A DNA stretch of 32,000 nucleotides from Promethearchaeia archaeon (GTDB lineage Archaea > Asgardarchaeota > Lokiarchaeia > Sigyniarchaeales > SOKP01): the NCBI GenBank assembly GCA_046497275.1, contig JAWOFX010000041.1, positions 1-32,000 of the forward strand, written 5' to 3'. A program made the translations under genes and the position numbers. Position 1 is the first letter of the stretch. Each line of letters begins with the position of its first letter. Shown one piece after another: positions 8,408 to 16,575 of this stretch. The notes under the pieces were generated by a model. The model was given only the letters and a program-made list of their open reading frames with translations. It had not been told where the DNA came from and did not search any database.

Positions 8408-9352
8408 ATGGACAAAGAAATTTCCTATGATATAGTAAAAAGATTAATTTCAAGAACCAAGCCTCAGTTTACAGATATCTCCAAAGAATTAAATCTTTCT
8501 AGACCCACTATTCAAAACTATTTTGATGAACTGGGGCAAAAAAATATAATTAATAATTTCACTATAAATATTAATCCTAATATTCAGCCAAATCTTAGAC
8601 ATGTAATAATAGAGATTAAGACAAACCCAAAAGAACCAGAATTAATTGAAAGACTGTTAGAAATTTCACTATTAGAAATGCTTGATGGAATTTTTGGAGA
8701 ATTTTCGTTGATTGGAATATTTAAGTTTAAGAATTCGGAAGAGTTTAATAATACGCTTACTCTTGTTGATAATATAATGGCTAAGTCCTACTTTAAGAAG
8801 TATCAGATAATGGATACTATAAAAATCTTCAAAACAAATGGGATAAAATTATCTGATATAGAATTAGAATCCTATGAATTAGATAATCTAGATTACAGCA
8901 TTTTGAAAATTTTGCAATATTCCCAAGGGTATAATTTGATATCTACGTATGATATAACAGAAATTATAAAAAATAATGATAAAATCTCAGTATCTCAATC
9001 CACAGTCTATAATAGGATAAAGAAAATGGAGGAATGTGGGGTGATACTTAATTATTCTGTAAACTTTAATCCAAAAAAATTAGGATTTTTAGGAAAATTC
9101 ATTATAAGAGTGAAACCAAATGATCCTTCAAAATATGATGAAATCGCCCTAGATTTAGAGAAGCAAGAGGAGATTACTCATTTATATAGAATTGGGTCTC
9201 AATTTGGATTATTTGGAATTGTTCGAGTTAAAAAGATAAAAGATTATGCTCTGTTTTTACAAAAACTATATAAAACTGATGAAGTTGAGGATACTTTTTC
9301 GAATTTCGTCTTAGATGAACGAGTACCCTATACAAATTTTCTGCTCCCTTAA
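8408..9352 (+). CDS. Tandem (two-module) Lrp/AsnC family transcriptional regulator
   Basis: Two HTH plus RAM units: ISKELNLSRPTIQNYFDELGQKNIINNFTINI and VSQSTVYNRIKKMEECGVILNYSVNFNPKKLG, each followed by a G.F.L RAM pattern. Confidence 0.88.
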   Translation: MDKEISYDIVKRLISRTKPQFTDISKELNLSRPTIQNYFDELGQKNIINNFTININPNIQPNLRHVIIEIKTNPKEPELIERLLEISLLEMLDGIFGEFSLIGIFKFKNSEEFNNTLTLVDNIMAKSYFKKYQIMDTIKIFKTNGIKLSDIELESYELDNLDYSILKILQYSQGYNLISTYDITEIIKNNDKISVSQSTVYNRIKKMEECGVILNYSVNFNPKKLGFLGKFIIRVKPNDPSKYDEIALDLEKQEEITHLYRIGSQFGLFGIVRVKKIKDYALFLQKLYKTDEVEDTFSNFVLDERVPYTNFLLP

Positions 9353-9448
9353 TTATTCTGAGAACAATACTTTTATAAAGATCAATTATTATTTTCAAGT
9401 GTATTTTTTGAATGGAAGAAAAATATTTAATATTTTTTCAATTGGATT

Positions 9449-11521
9449 ATGGATTTCTTTTTTGAGTTATTAAAGAATCGGATTGGGTTATCGCGCACAG
9501 GACGGATTAACGCGATTGGATCTTGTAAACCGGTAAAAACTCCTAATATAGTTATTCCTATTAATAAAACCCTGATGAATAATTTTGATTTTGTTGATAG
9601 TTTTGGGTGTCATGAAATTTTTGTAATCTCTGATATCGGATACCTAAATTCTCAATTTCTTGACGGAATGTTTATAGATTCGGGTTTTTTATATTATCAT
9701 AAAGGCACTATTCAGCGGTTTAAAGCAATAATGGGGAAAAAGGAATCTGTAATTGCAGAGAATCAGGTTATACCTATTCTCCCATTTTCAATACCAAAAA
9801 CGGTGGTAAATTATGAATTTGCTAAAAAAGAAATTAAATATCATATAACCCAATTGGGAGAAATATTAGAAAACTTTCCTAAAATAAATTTTGGACTCTC
9901 TATAAGGTTATTTGATTATTATGAATTTCTTGACTTATATATACCTCTAATTAAAAAATATGAAAATATTAAACTACTTAATTTTCTCGATTTATTCGAT
10001 AATCTGAGATTTTTCCGAAATAAATTAGATGCAATTATAAGAATTAAAGAAGAATTTGATAACAATTTAGTCTTAATGGCTTCTGGAAAGATTCTAACAA
10101 AATATTTTCCATTAATTGTTTATTTAGGCTTCGATTTAATCAATACTACGTATCTAAGTTATCTTTCAGCTGAAAATTTATATGATACAGTTGAGGATCT
10201 TATACCTGCGTATAAAATGAAATATCTTCCCTGTAATTGTCTCTCATGCAGAAAAAGATTGAAAAGCCATTTGGAAGAAAAATACTCTGCTGAAAAAATT
10301 GATTTATTATGCTATCATAATTTTATCACAGCCAAGAATTATATGAATAAAACACTTCAATATCTCCATACGGAAGACTTCAGGGCTTTTGTTGAAAAAT
10401 CTTCCTTAAATGACTTAAATTTTAAATCTTTATTGAAAATCTGTGATAAAATTTATTTTAATTCAATAAAATATCATTCAAAATTAAATCAAAAGAATAG
10501 GGAAATTAATTGTCTTGGTCCATTATCTTATTATCGCCCTGATTTCGAATTCTTCCGTGAAAATGTGTTAAAAACATTCATGCCAGAAGAATGGACAAGA
10601 ATTATATTATTATTACCATGTTCCGCTAGGAAACCTTATTCTCAGTCAAAATCTCATCAAAAATTTTATGATGTTATTCGGAAATTTTCAGAATTTCCTA
10701 CGTTTCAAGAAATTATTCTTACTTCCCCATTAGGGGCAATCCCAAGGCAGTTAGAAAATATTTATCCCGTGAATTCATATGAAATTTCCGTTACTGGAGA
10801 CTGGAATACAGAAGAGATTGAAATCGCAGCAGATATGTTAATAAAACTTCTAAATAAGTTTGAGAAAAAAATTCCTATCTTATGTCATCTTGAAGGAGGA
10901 TATAAAAAAATAGCACAAGAGGCTGAAAGAAGGGTTAATCATTCTTTCACATACACTGAGATAAAGGAGAGTTCCACTTCAGAAGAATCATTACAAAATT
11001 TAGAATCTAATATTAAAAATAGCTTGGAAACATCTCAATCAACCGAAATAAGAGACCAAGAAGAAAAATTAACAAACACTTGGCTTAGAAAATTTTCAAA
11101 AATCATAGATTATCAATTCGGAAAAGGTTTAGGGAGAGATTTAATTTCTCAAAATTTAATTTATAAGCGAGATGGGAGGCATACGGGGTTTTATTTACTT
11201 AATAAAGACACAAAAGAAAGATATGGCACTTTTAAATTTTCTACAGGGAAAATTAGACTAACTATAAAAGGAGCTGAAAAAATAGCGTTTGTGCCTGAAT
11301 TTTCGAATTATATCATATTTGACGGGACTGAGTTGAGAGGAAATACCTTATTTATGCCGGGCATTAAAAGTACGGCTCCAAATTTATTACCAGATCAAAA
11401 TGTATGTATATTTGATGGTGATAAGAAAAAGATTATTGCTATGGGTGACATGATTATGGGATCCACTTTTATAAACAATTCAAAATCCGGGAAAGTAGTG
11501 AAATTATATGAAACTAAATGA
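9449..11521 (+). CDS. arcS: Archaeosine synthase subunit ArcS (TgtA2): TGT-like N-terminal region, DUF5591-type core, C-terminal PUA
   Basis: LLLPCSARKPYSQSKSHQKF, ILTSPLGAIPRQLENIYP, DYQFG, PCNCLSC, PUA-like GNTLFMPGI; overlaps a RaSEA gene. Confidence 0.85.
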   Translation: MDFFFELLKNRIGLSRTGRINAIGSCKPVKTPNIVIPINKTLMNNFDFVDSFGCHEIFVISDIGYLNSQFLDGMFIDSGFLYYHKGTIQRFKAIMGKKESVIAENQVIPILPFSIPKTVVNYEFAKKEIKYHITQLGEILENFPKINFGLSIRLFDYYEFLDLYIPLIKKYENIKLLNFLDLFDNLRFFRNKLDAIIRIKEEFDNNLVLMASGKILTKYFPLIVYLGFDLINTTYLSYLSAENLYDTVEDLIPAYKMKYLPCNCLSCRKRLKSHLEEKYSAEKIDLLCYHNFITAKNYMNKTLQYLHTEDFRAFVEKSSLNDLNFKSLLKICDKIYFNSIKYHSKLNQKNREINCLGPLSYYRPDFEFFRENVLKTFMPEEWTRIILLLPCSARKPYSQSKSHQKFYDVIRKFSEFPTFQEIILTSPLGAIPRQLENIYPVNSYEISVTGDWNTEEIEIAADMLIKLLNKFEKKIPILCHLEGGYKKIAQEAERRVNHSFTYTEIKESSTSEESLQNLESNIKNSLETSQSTEIRDQEEKLTNTWLRKFSKIIDYQFGKGLGRDLISQNLIYKRDGRHTGFYLLNKDTKERYGTFKFSTGKIRLTIKGAEKIAFVPEFSNYIIFDGTELRGNTLFMPGIKSTAPNLLPDQNVCIFDGDKKKIIAMGDMIMGSTFINNSKSGKVVKLYETK

Positions 11522-12602
11522 AAATGTTCTAAAATATGAATGCCTGGCCGAAGAAATAGAGGCCTTAAGGAAAAAAGGACTTCAAAATAAAAAGCCCTAT
11601 TCTAAGCAGAAGTTAAATACACCAGTGAGCTTCTGGACGAAAAAAGAACGCCTTTTGGATAAAATTGGAAAAGAATTTACAATCATATTAAGGACGAAAG
11701 GATGCTATTGGGCATTAGAACAGGGAGGGTGCTCTATGTGTGGTTATATTGAGGATGCTAATATAGAGAATGTATCCCCCGAACAAATTAAGAATCAATT
11801 TGATTATGCCCTTGAAAATACAATTGAGAAAATCGATCAAGATAACAATGAATATATCCTGAAAATTTTTAATTCGGGAAGTTATTTTGACGACTCTGAA
11901 GTAAATAAAGAAGTTAGAAAATATATTTATGGAAAGGTTGCACAAATTCCTAAAATTAAAGAGTTCGTTATCGAATCAAGAGTGGAATTAATTACTCAGG
12001 ACAAAATAGATGAAATAAAAGATATTTTACCAGAAAAATATGTAGAGATTGGAGTAGGAATAGAGTCTGTTAATGATCATATACGAAATAAATATATCAA
12101 TAAAGGAATAAATCTAAAGGATTTTATTAAAATTAAAGAACTTTGTCATAAAAATGGAATTGGTGTAAAAGCATATTTACTTTTTAAACCTCCTTTTCTT
12201 AATGAACAAGGGGCAATTGATGATTGTATTTCTTCAATAAAAACTCTGATAGATATGGAGATCAATTCAATTTCGATTAATCCTTGTAATGTTCAAAAGA
12301 ATTCTTTTGTAGAATTTCTTTGGTATCAAAATCGTTATCGGCCTCCTTGGTATTATTCCCTATTCGAATGCTTTAAGAGAGCGCTAAAGCCATCTGATTT
12401 TGAAAAAACAAGAATATTATGTGATCCTTCTGGAGCAGGAACTAAGCGAGGGATTCATAATTGTTTGAGAAGAGAATGTAACGAAAAAATGAAAGAACAT
12501 CTAAGAAATTTCATATTTTCTCAAAATATAGACATGTTACAAGACATTGAATATGATTGTATTTGTAAAAAAAAATATGATTTGCAAAAAGATTATCTTT
12601 AA
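11508..12602 (+). CDS. raSEA: Archaeosine biosynthesis radical SAM protein RaSEA
   Basis: IILRTKGCYWALEQGGCSMCGY (atypical radical SAM Cys spacing), KIFNSGSYFD, YLLFKPPFLNE, YRPPWYYS, GTKRGIHNC. Confidence 0.9.
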   Translation: MKLNENVLKYECLAEEIEALRKKGLQNKKPYSKQKLNTPVSFWTKKERLLDKIGKEFTIILRTKGCYWALEQGGCSMCGYIEDANIENVSPEQIKNQFDYALENTIEKIDQDNNEYILKIFNSGSYFDDSEVNKEVRKYIYGKVAQIPKIKEFVIESRVELITQDKIDEIKDILPEKYVEIGVGIESVNDHIRNKYINKGINLKDFIKIKELCHKNGIGVKAYLLFKPPFLNEQGAIDDCISSIKTLIDMEINSISINPCNVQKNSFVEFLWYQNRYRPPWYYSLFECFKRALKPSDFEKTRILCDPSGAGTKRGIHNCLRRECNEKMKEHLRNFIFSQNIDMLQDIEYDCICKKKYDLQKDYL

Positions 12603-12856
12603 TTCTAATAATTTACATATTTTGATCAAAATTGTACAAAAATTTTAACATCATATAGTCATAATACAAAATTATGTAATTTGTTAATATCAAGGTTAAT
12701 GATCTCAATATTAATTCCTTCGGTTTCTTAAAAATTCCCTATCAATCCTCAAAGTAAAAATTTAAATACATAAGTAATATTCTATCTGATTATAAATATC
12801 TGATGCTCGCTGTAAGAACTTAAAATCTAAAAATTAAATATCACGGTTCTTCAACT

Positions 12857-13105
12857 TTGAATTGGGAAAAACTAAATTTATTCCATTTGGGATCATCTGC
12901 AAAAAACCATTCTATCTTTAGAATAGCTAAATGGAGTGAGAATCTCGAAAAAATTATAAAAAAACCAATATTTAACGAAGATTATGAAAAAATTGGATTT
13001 ATTTTAGATATCTTCGGTCCAACTACGAACCCCTTTATTTCAATAAAGTCTGAACCTAATAGGGATATTGGTAAAACTAATAAGTTTTATGTGAAAATAA
13101 GTTAA
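12857..13105 (+). CDS. gar1: H/ACA RNP Gar1/Naf1 family protein
   Basis: KIGFILDIFGPTTNPFISIK resembles the Gar1 core; sits directly upstream of tfb as in many archaea; TTG start. Confidence 0.75.
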   Translation: MNWEKLNLFHLGSSAKNHSIFRIAKWSENLEKIIKKPIFNEDYEKIGFILDIFGPTTNPFISIKSEPNRDIGKTNKFYVKIS

Positions 13106-13156
13106 AATGTTTTTAGATTTTTAAAAAGATATATTTTTTTAAAAAGGTGTATTTAG

Positions 13157-14098
13157 TTGGAAAGAACTAAAGTAAATGTTTCATCAGAAACTCTCATCGT
13201 AGAAAAAAATACATGTTCCGAGTGTGGGGAGAGCATCTTTTTCGATGAGAATAGAGGTTTATTAGTTTGTGAATCCTGTGGGTTAGTTCATTCTGAAAAT
13301 CATATAGATAGAGGTCCTGAATGGAGAGCCTTTGATGCAGATCAGAGAAAAAAGCGTACTCGCACGGGAGCCCCGATGACCTATATGATCCATGATAAAG
13401 GATTATCAACAATGATTGACTGGAAAAATAAAGATTTCTATGGTCGAGAAATCCCAGCAAAATTACGGGGACAAATTTATCGATTACGAAAGTGGCAAAG
13501 TCGTATAAGAGTAAGTGACGCAACTGAGCGAAACTTAACATTTGCATTAAGTGAACTCGATCGTATGGCATCCAATTTAGATTTACAAAAAAATCTTCGA
13601 GAATGCTCAGCAAAAATCTATCGCGATGCAGTTGAAAAACATCTAATACGAGGTAGAAGCATCGAAGGGGTAGCTGCTGCAAGTCTCTATGCCGCATGTC
13701 GTATGTATAAGGTACCTAGAACTTTAAATGAAATTGCTGAAATCGCAAGAGTGGATAAAAAAGAGATAGGTAGATCTTTTCGTTTTATTTCTAATGAACT
13801 CAATATGAATTTGAACCCTACAATTGCTTCTGATTTCTTAACACGGTTTATCTCAGAACTCGGTTTATCAACAGAATGTCAGAAAATCGCAAAAAAAATT
13901 ATTAAAATGGCACAAGAACTCGGACTTACTTCTGGACGTGGTCCAACAGGAGTATGTGCGGCAGCAATTTATGCAGCCACAATTCTTACGAAGGAAAAAA
14001 GGACTCAGAGAAAAATAGCTCGTATCTCTCAAGTGACTGAGGTTACTGTTAGAAATCGATTTAGTGAGCTAGTTGAATTTCTGAATTTGAACCTCTAG
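13157..14098 (+). CDS. tfb: Transcription initiation factor IIB (TFB)
   Basis: Zn ribbon CSEC...[15 protein letters not shown]-reader, two cyclin folds ([30 protein letters not shown]), VTEVTVRNR. Confidence 0.98.
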   Translation: MERTKVNVSSETLIVEKNTCSECGESIFFDENRGLLVCESCGLVHSENHIDRGPEWRAFDADQRKKRTRTGAPMTYMIHDKGLSTMIDWKNKDFYGREIPAKLRGQIYRLRKWQSRIRVSDATERNLTFALSELDRMASNLDLQKNLRECSAKIYRDAVEKHLIRGRSIEGVAAASLYAACRMYKVPRTLNEIAEIARVDKKEIGRSFRFISNELNMNLNPTIASDFLTRFISELGLSTECQKIAKKIIKMAQELGLTSGRGPTGVCAAAIYAATILTKEKRTQRKIARISQVTEVTVRNRFSELVEFLNLNL

Positions 14099-14106
14099 AT
14101 AACAAA

Positions 14107-14128
14107 TTTTTACCTTCTTTTTTTATTT
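14107..14128 (+). terminator. Oligo-T tract after tfb (archaeal-type terminator candidate)
   Basis: TTTTTACCTTCTTTTTTTATTT just after the tfb stop; the genome is AT-rich, so specificity is low. Confidence 0.3.
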
Positions 14129-14233
14129 GTACGTTGTATAATTTAGGTAATATCTTGATGTTATGCCGATTTATAATAGTTCTTTTTTTCTCTTAAAATA
14201 ATAAAAAAATGGTTAAGAGGAAGAGAGGAAAAT

Positions 14234-14569
14234 ATGAATGATCTTATAAATAATGAACAAATATCACACTTTCTTTATGATGTTGAAAATCATTTCCCGA
14301 ATTTTGCTGCTGCTGTTATATCAGACTCTAATGGTTTACCAATAGGTTCAAGAATTCCGACTGGTTTTAAATATCAGGAACAAATTTTAGCTTTAGAGGC
14401 TGTGGCGAAAAACAGAAGTTTTATAGATACATCAAAATTTATTAAGGTGAAAGTCTCTCTTAATGAAGATAAATCGGTAAGACTGTTATTATTACTGAAG
14501 AAACCAAAGACTTATCTGAAAAGATTTAAAAATATTAAAAAAATCTCAAAGCTACAGATGATTTTTTAA
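14234..14569 (+). CDS. Divergent roadblock/LC7-like protein
   Basis: FAAAVISDSNGLPIGSRIP matches the roadblock strand-turn-strand pattern; purine-rich RBS upstream; C-terminus diverged. Confidence 0.55.
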   Translation: MNDLINNEQISHFLYDVENHFPNFAAAVISDSNGLPIGSRIPTGFKYQEQILALEAVAKNRSFIDTSKFIKVKVSLNEDKSVRLLLLLKKPKTYLKRFKNIKKISKLQMIF

Positions 14570-14792
14570 ATTATAAAACTAGACATTAAAAAAACACATA
14601 AATTGATTTTCGTATCAAGTATAAGAACAATAGGAGATTGCGTAATTTTTTATATTTAAATTTTTATGTTAGTTATAAGGTGGTTTCGGGTAAATAATAA
14701 TTTTGGTTATAAGAATTTAGTTTTTATACCCCCCTTCTAATATATATAGATAAGTGACTTAATAAATAGTAAAAATTATTGGGATCATATCC

Positions 14793-15260
14793 ATGGAATA
14801 CTCTCAAGACGAGCGAATGTTAAAGAAGATACTCAATTCAATTATTAATAGCACGGCTGGGCTAAGATATGCTATTATAATTGATGATACAGGGATTACA
14901 ATTATGAGTCAATCTAAATTCAAACTTGCTGAAGAGGATATTTCTGTAGAAAAAATTGGTGCGATTGGGGGGGCAGTTTTTATGGCTGGGGAGGAACAAG
15001 GACAAATTCTAGGTTATGGTAATATAGATCTTCAAATTACAGAATATGGAAAAGGCATGTTGTTTTCCTTGAAGATCGGGAAAGGAGTACTCTGCTTAGC
15101 GTCTGATAAAGATGTGAATATAGGCTTTGTTCGTGCAGTTATGAAAAAATGGGCACCAAAATTAGGACAGATATTAGAACGATATTTAGAAAGCGACCAA
15201 GACGCGATCAATGAAGAATTAAAGGAGTTATTCAATTCTGATACTATTAGCTTATTGTAA
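14793..15260 (+). CDS. Roadblock/LC7 (MglB-like) domain protein
   Basis: LRYAIIIDDTGITI, VEKIGAIGGAVFMAGEEQGQILGYGNIDLQITEYGKGMLFSLKIGKGVLCLASDKDVNIGFVRAVM. Confidence 0.82.
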   Translation: MEYSQDERMLKKILNSIINSTAGLRYAIIIDDTGITIMSQSKFKLAEEDISVEKIGAIGGAVFMAGEEQGQILGYGNIDLQITEYGKGMLFSLKIGKGVLCLASDKDVNIGFVRAVMKKWAPKLGQILERYLESDQDAINEELKELFNSDTISLL

Positions 15261-15381
15261 TAAATTCTATTTCTATTAAAGCGTATAATTTAATATTAAT
15301 AAGAAATTCTTTATCTCTTGAATTCCATTTTAATTTACTTAACAATTCATATTAAGATTCAAAATTTTTAATTGTTATATT

Positions 15382-16041
15382 ATGAAAACAGTGCTTTCTT
15401 GGAGTGGAGGCAAAGATTCTGCCTTAGCTTTATATTATGCTAAAAAAGACCCAAATATAGAAATTATTTCTATCCTAACAACCATAACAGAGCACTATGA
15501 AAGAATCAGTATGCATGGAGTCAAAAAGGAATTGTTGGAAGAACAATCTAAGCAACTTGGAGTACCTCTCGAATTAATTTATATTCCTACGGATTCTTCC
15601 AATGAAATATATAACTCTATAATGGAAGGGAAAATGCTGGAGTTAAAAAAAAATGGAATTAATTCCGTGATCTTTGGAGACATTTTTCTGGAGGATATTC
15701 GAGCATATAGAGAAAATAATTTATCGAAAATTGGGATGAATGCTCATTTTCCGTTATGGAAACAATCCACAGAAAAATTAACTCATGAATTTATTGATTT
15801 AGGATTTAAAGCAATAATAACTTGTATAGATTCAGAGTTTTTAGACAAATCTTTTATTGGAAGAGAATTTAACAAAGATTTTATTGCAGATTTGCCTGAG
15901 GAAGTAGATCTTTGTGGAGAGAATGGAGAATTTCATACATTCGTGTATGATGGTTCATTATTTGAAAATTCTGTGACGTTTAATTTGGGAAAGGTTGAAT
16001 TCAGAGATAATCGGTTCTATTTCAAGGATTTGATGATTTAA
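15382..16041 (+). CDS. DUF71 / diphthine-ammonia ligase (Dph6)-family PP-loop ATP pyrophosphatase
   Basis: SWSGGKDS PP-loop, FGDIFLEDIRAYRE, PLW, DLCGENGEFHTFVYDG. Confidence 0.88.
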   Translation: MKTVLSWSGGKDSALALYYAKKDPNIEIISILTTITEHYERISMHGVKKELLEEQSKQLGVPLELIYIPTDSSNEIYNSIMEGKMLELKKNGINSVIFGDIFLEDIRAYRENNLSKIGMNAHFPLWKQSTEKLTHEFIDLGFKAIITCIDSEFLDKSFIGREFNKDFIADLPEEVDLCGENGEFHTFVYDGSLFENSVTFNLGKVEFRDNRFYFKDLMI

Positions 16042-16128
16042 GAAGAAGAGTATATTAAAAGAATTATTTAATTCAGATACTATAAACCTATTGTAAAATA
16101 CTGTTTTTATTTCTTATAAACAATCCTG

Positions 16129-16235
16129 TATTAATCAGAAATTCTTTAATTTTTAAATTGTATTTAAATTTATTTAACAATTCATATTAAAATACAAATT
16201 TTTCAATTTTTAATATGAAAGGAGTACATTCTTGG
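16129..16235 (+). repeat. Degenerate direct repeat of 15294-15402 (promoter and first 7 codons of the DUF71 gene)
   Basis: Shared blocks TATTAAT-AGAAATTCTTTA, TTAACAATTCATATTAA and ATGAAA...TTCTTGG; the copy translates MKGVHSW versus MKTVLSW and then diverges. Confidence 0.7.
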
Positions 16236-16575
16236 TTTTGCCATTTTTACCTTTCTATCCTTATCTATATGAATTCTGAATCTTCAATATCTATGAATTA
16301 ATCTTCAAAGAATGATTCTTGCTATTGTTTTAGTAATCATCGGCTTTTATGATGTTATGAGTCAAAAGCATCTTTATGATTATAACAATATTAAAAATGT
16401 TCTAAATCCATAATATGTAACTTTTATTTTTTTGGATTTGTGTTTTTTTGAATATAATTTTTCCTAAAATGAATAAAGTCACCTCAAATTTATGAGATTT
16501 TCTTAAATTATTATCTACTTTACATAGATAAAGATTTAAGGATAACTTTTTATGTCTAGTAAGCAATAATTTCAT

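Noticed and set aside
13194-13697. Long antisense or overlapping ORFs (also 499-729, 2681-2986, 28686-29063, 31158-31550)
   Set aside because: They are shadows of well-supported genes on the other strand, with no motifs of their own
12857-14098. gar1-tfb adjacency as a novel linkage
   Set aside because: This pairing is a known, conserved archaeal arrangement
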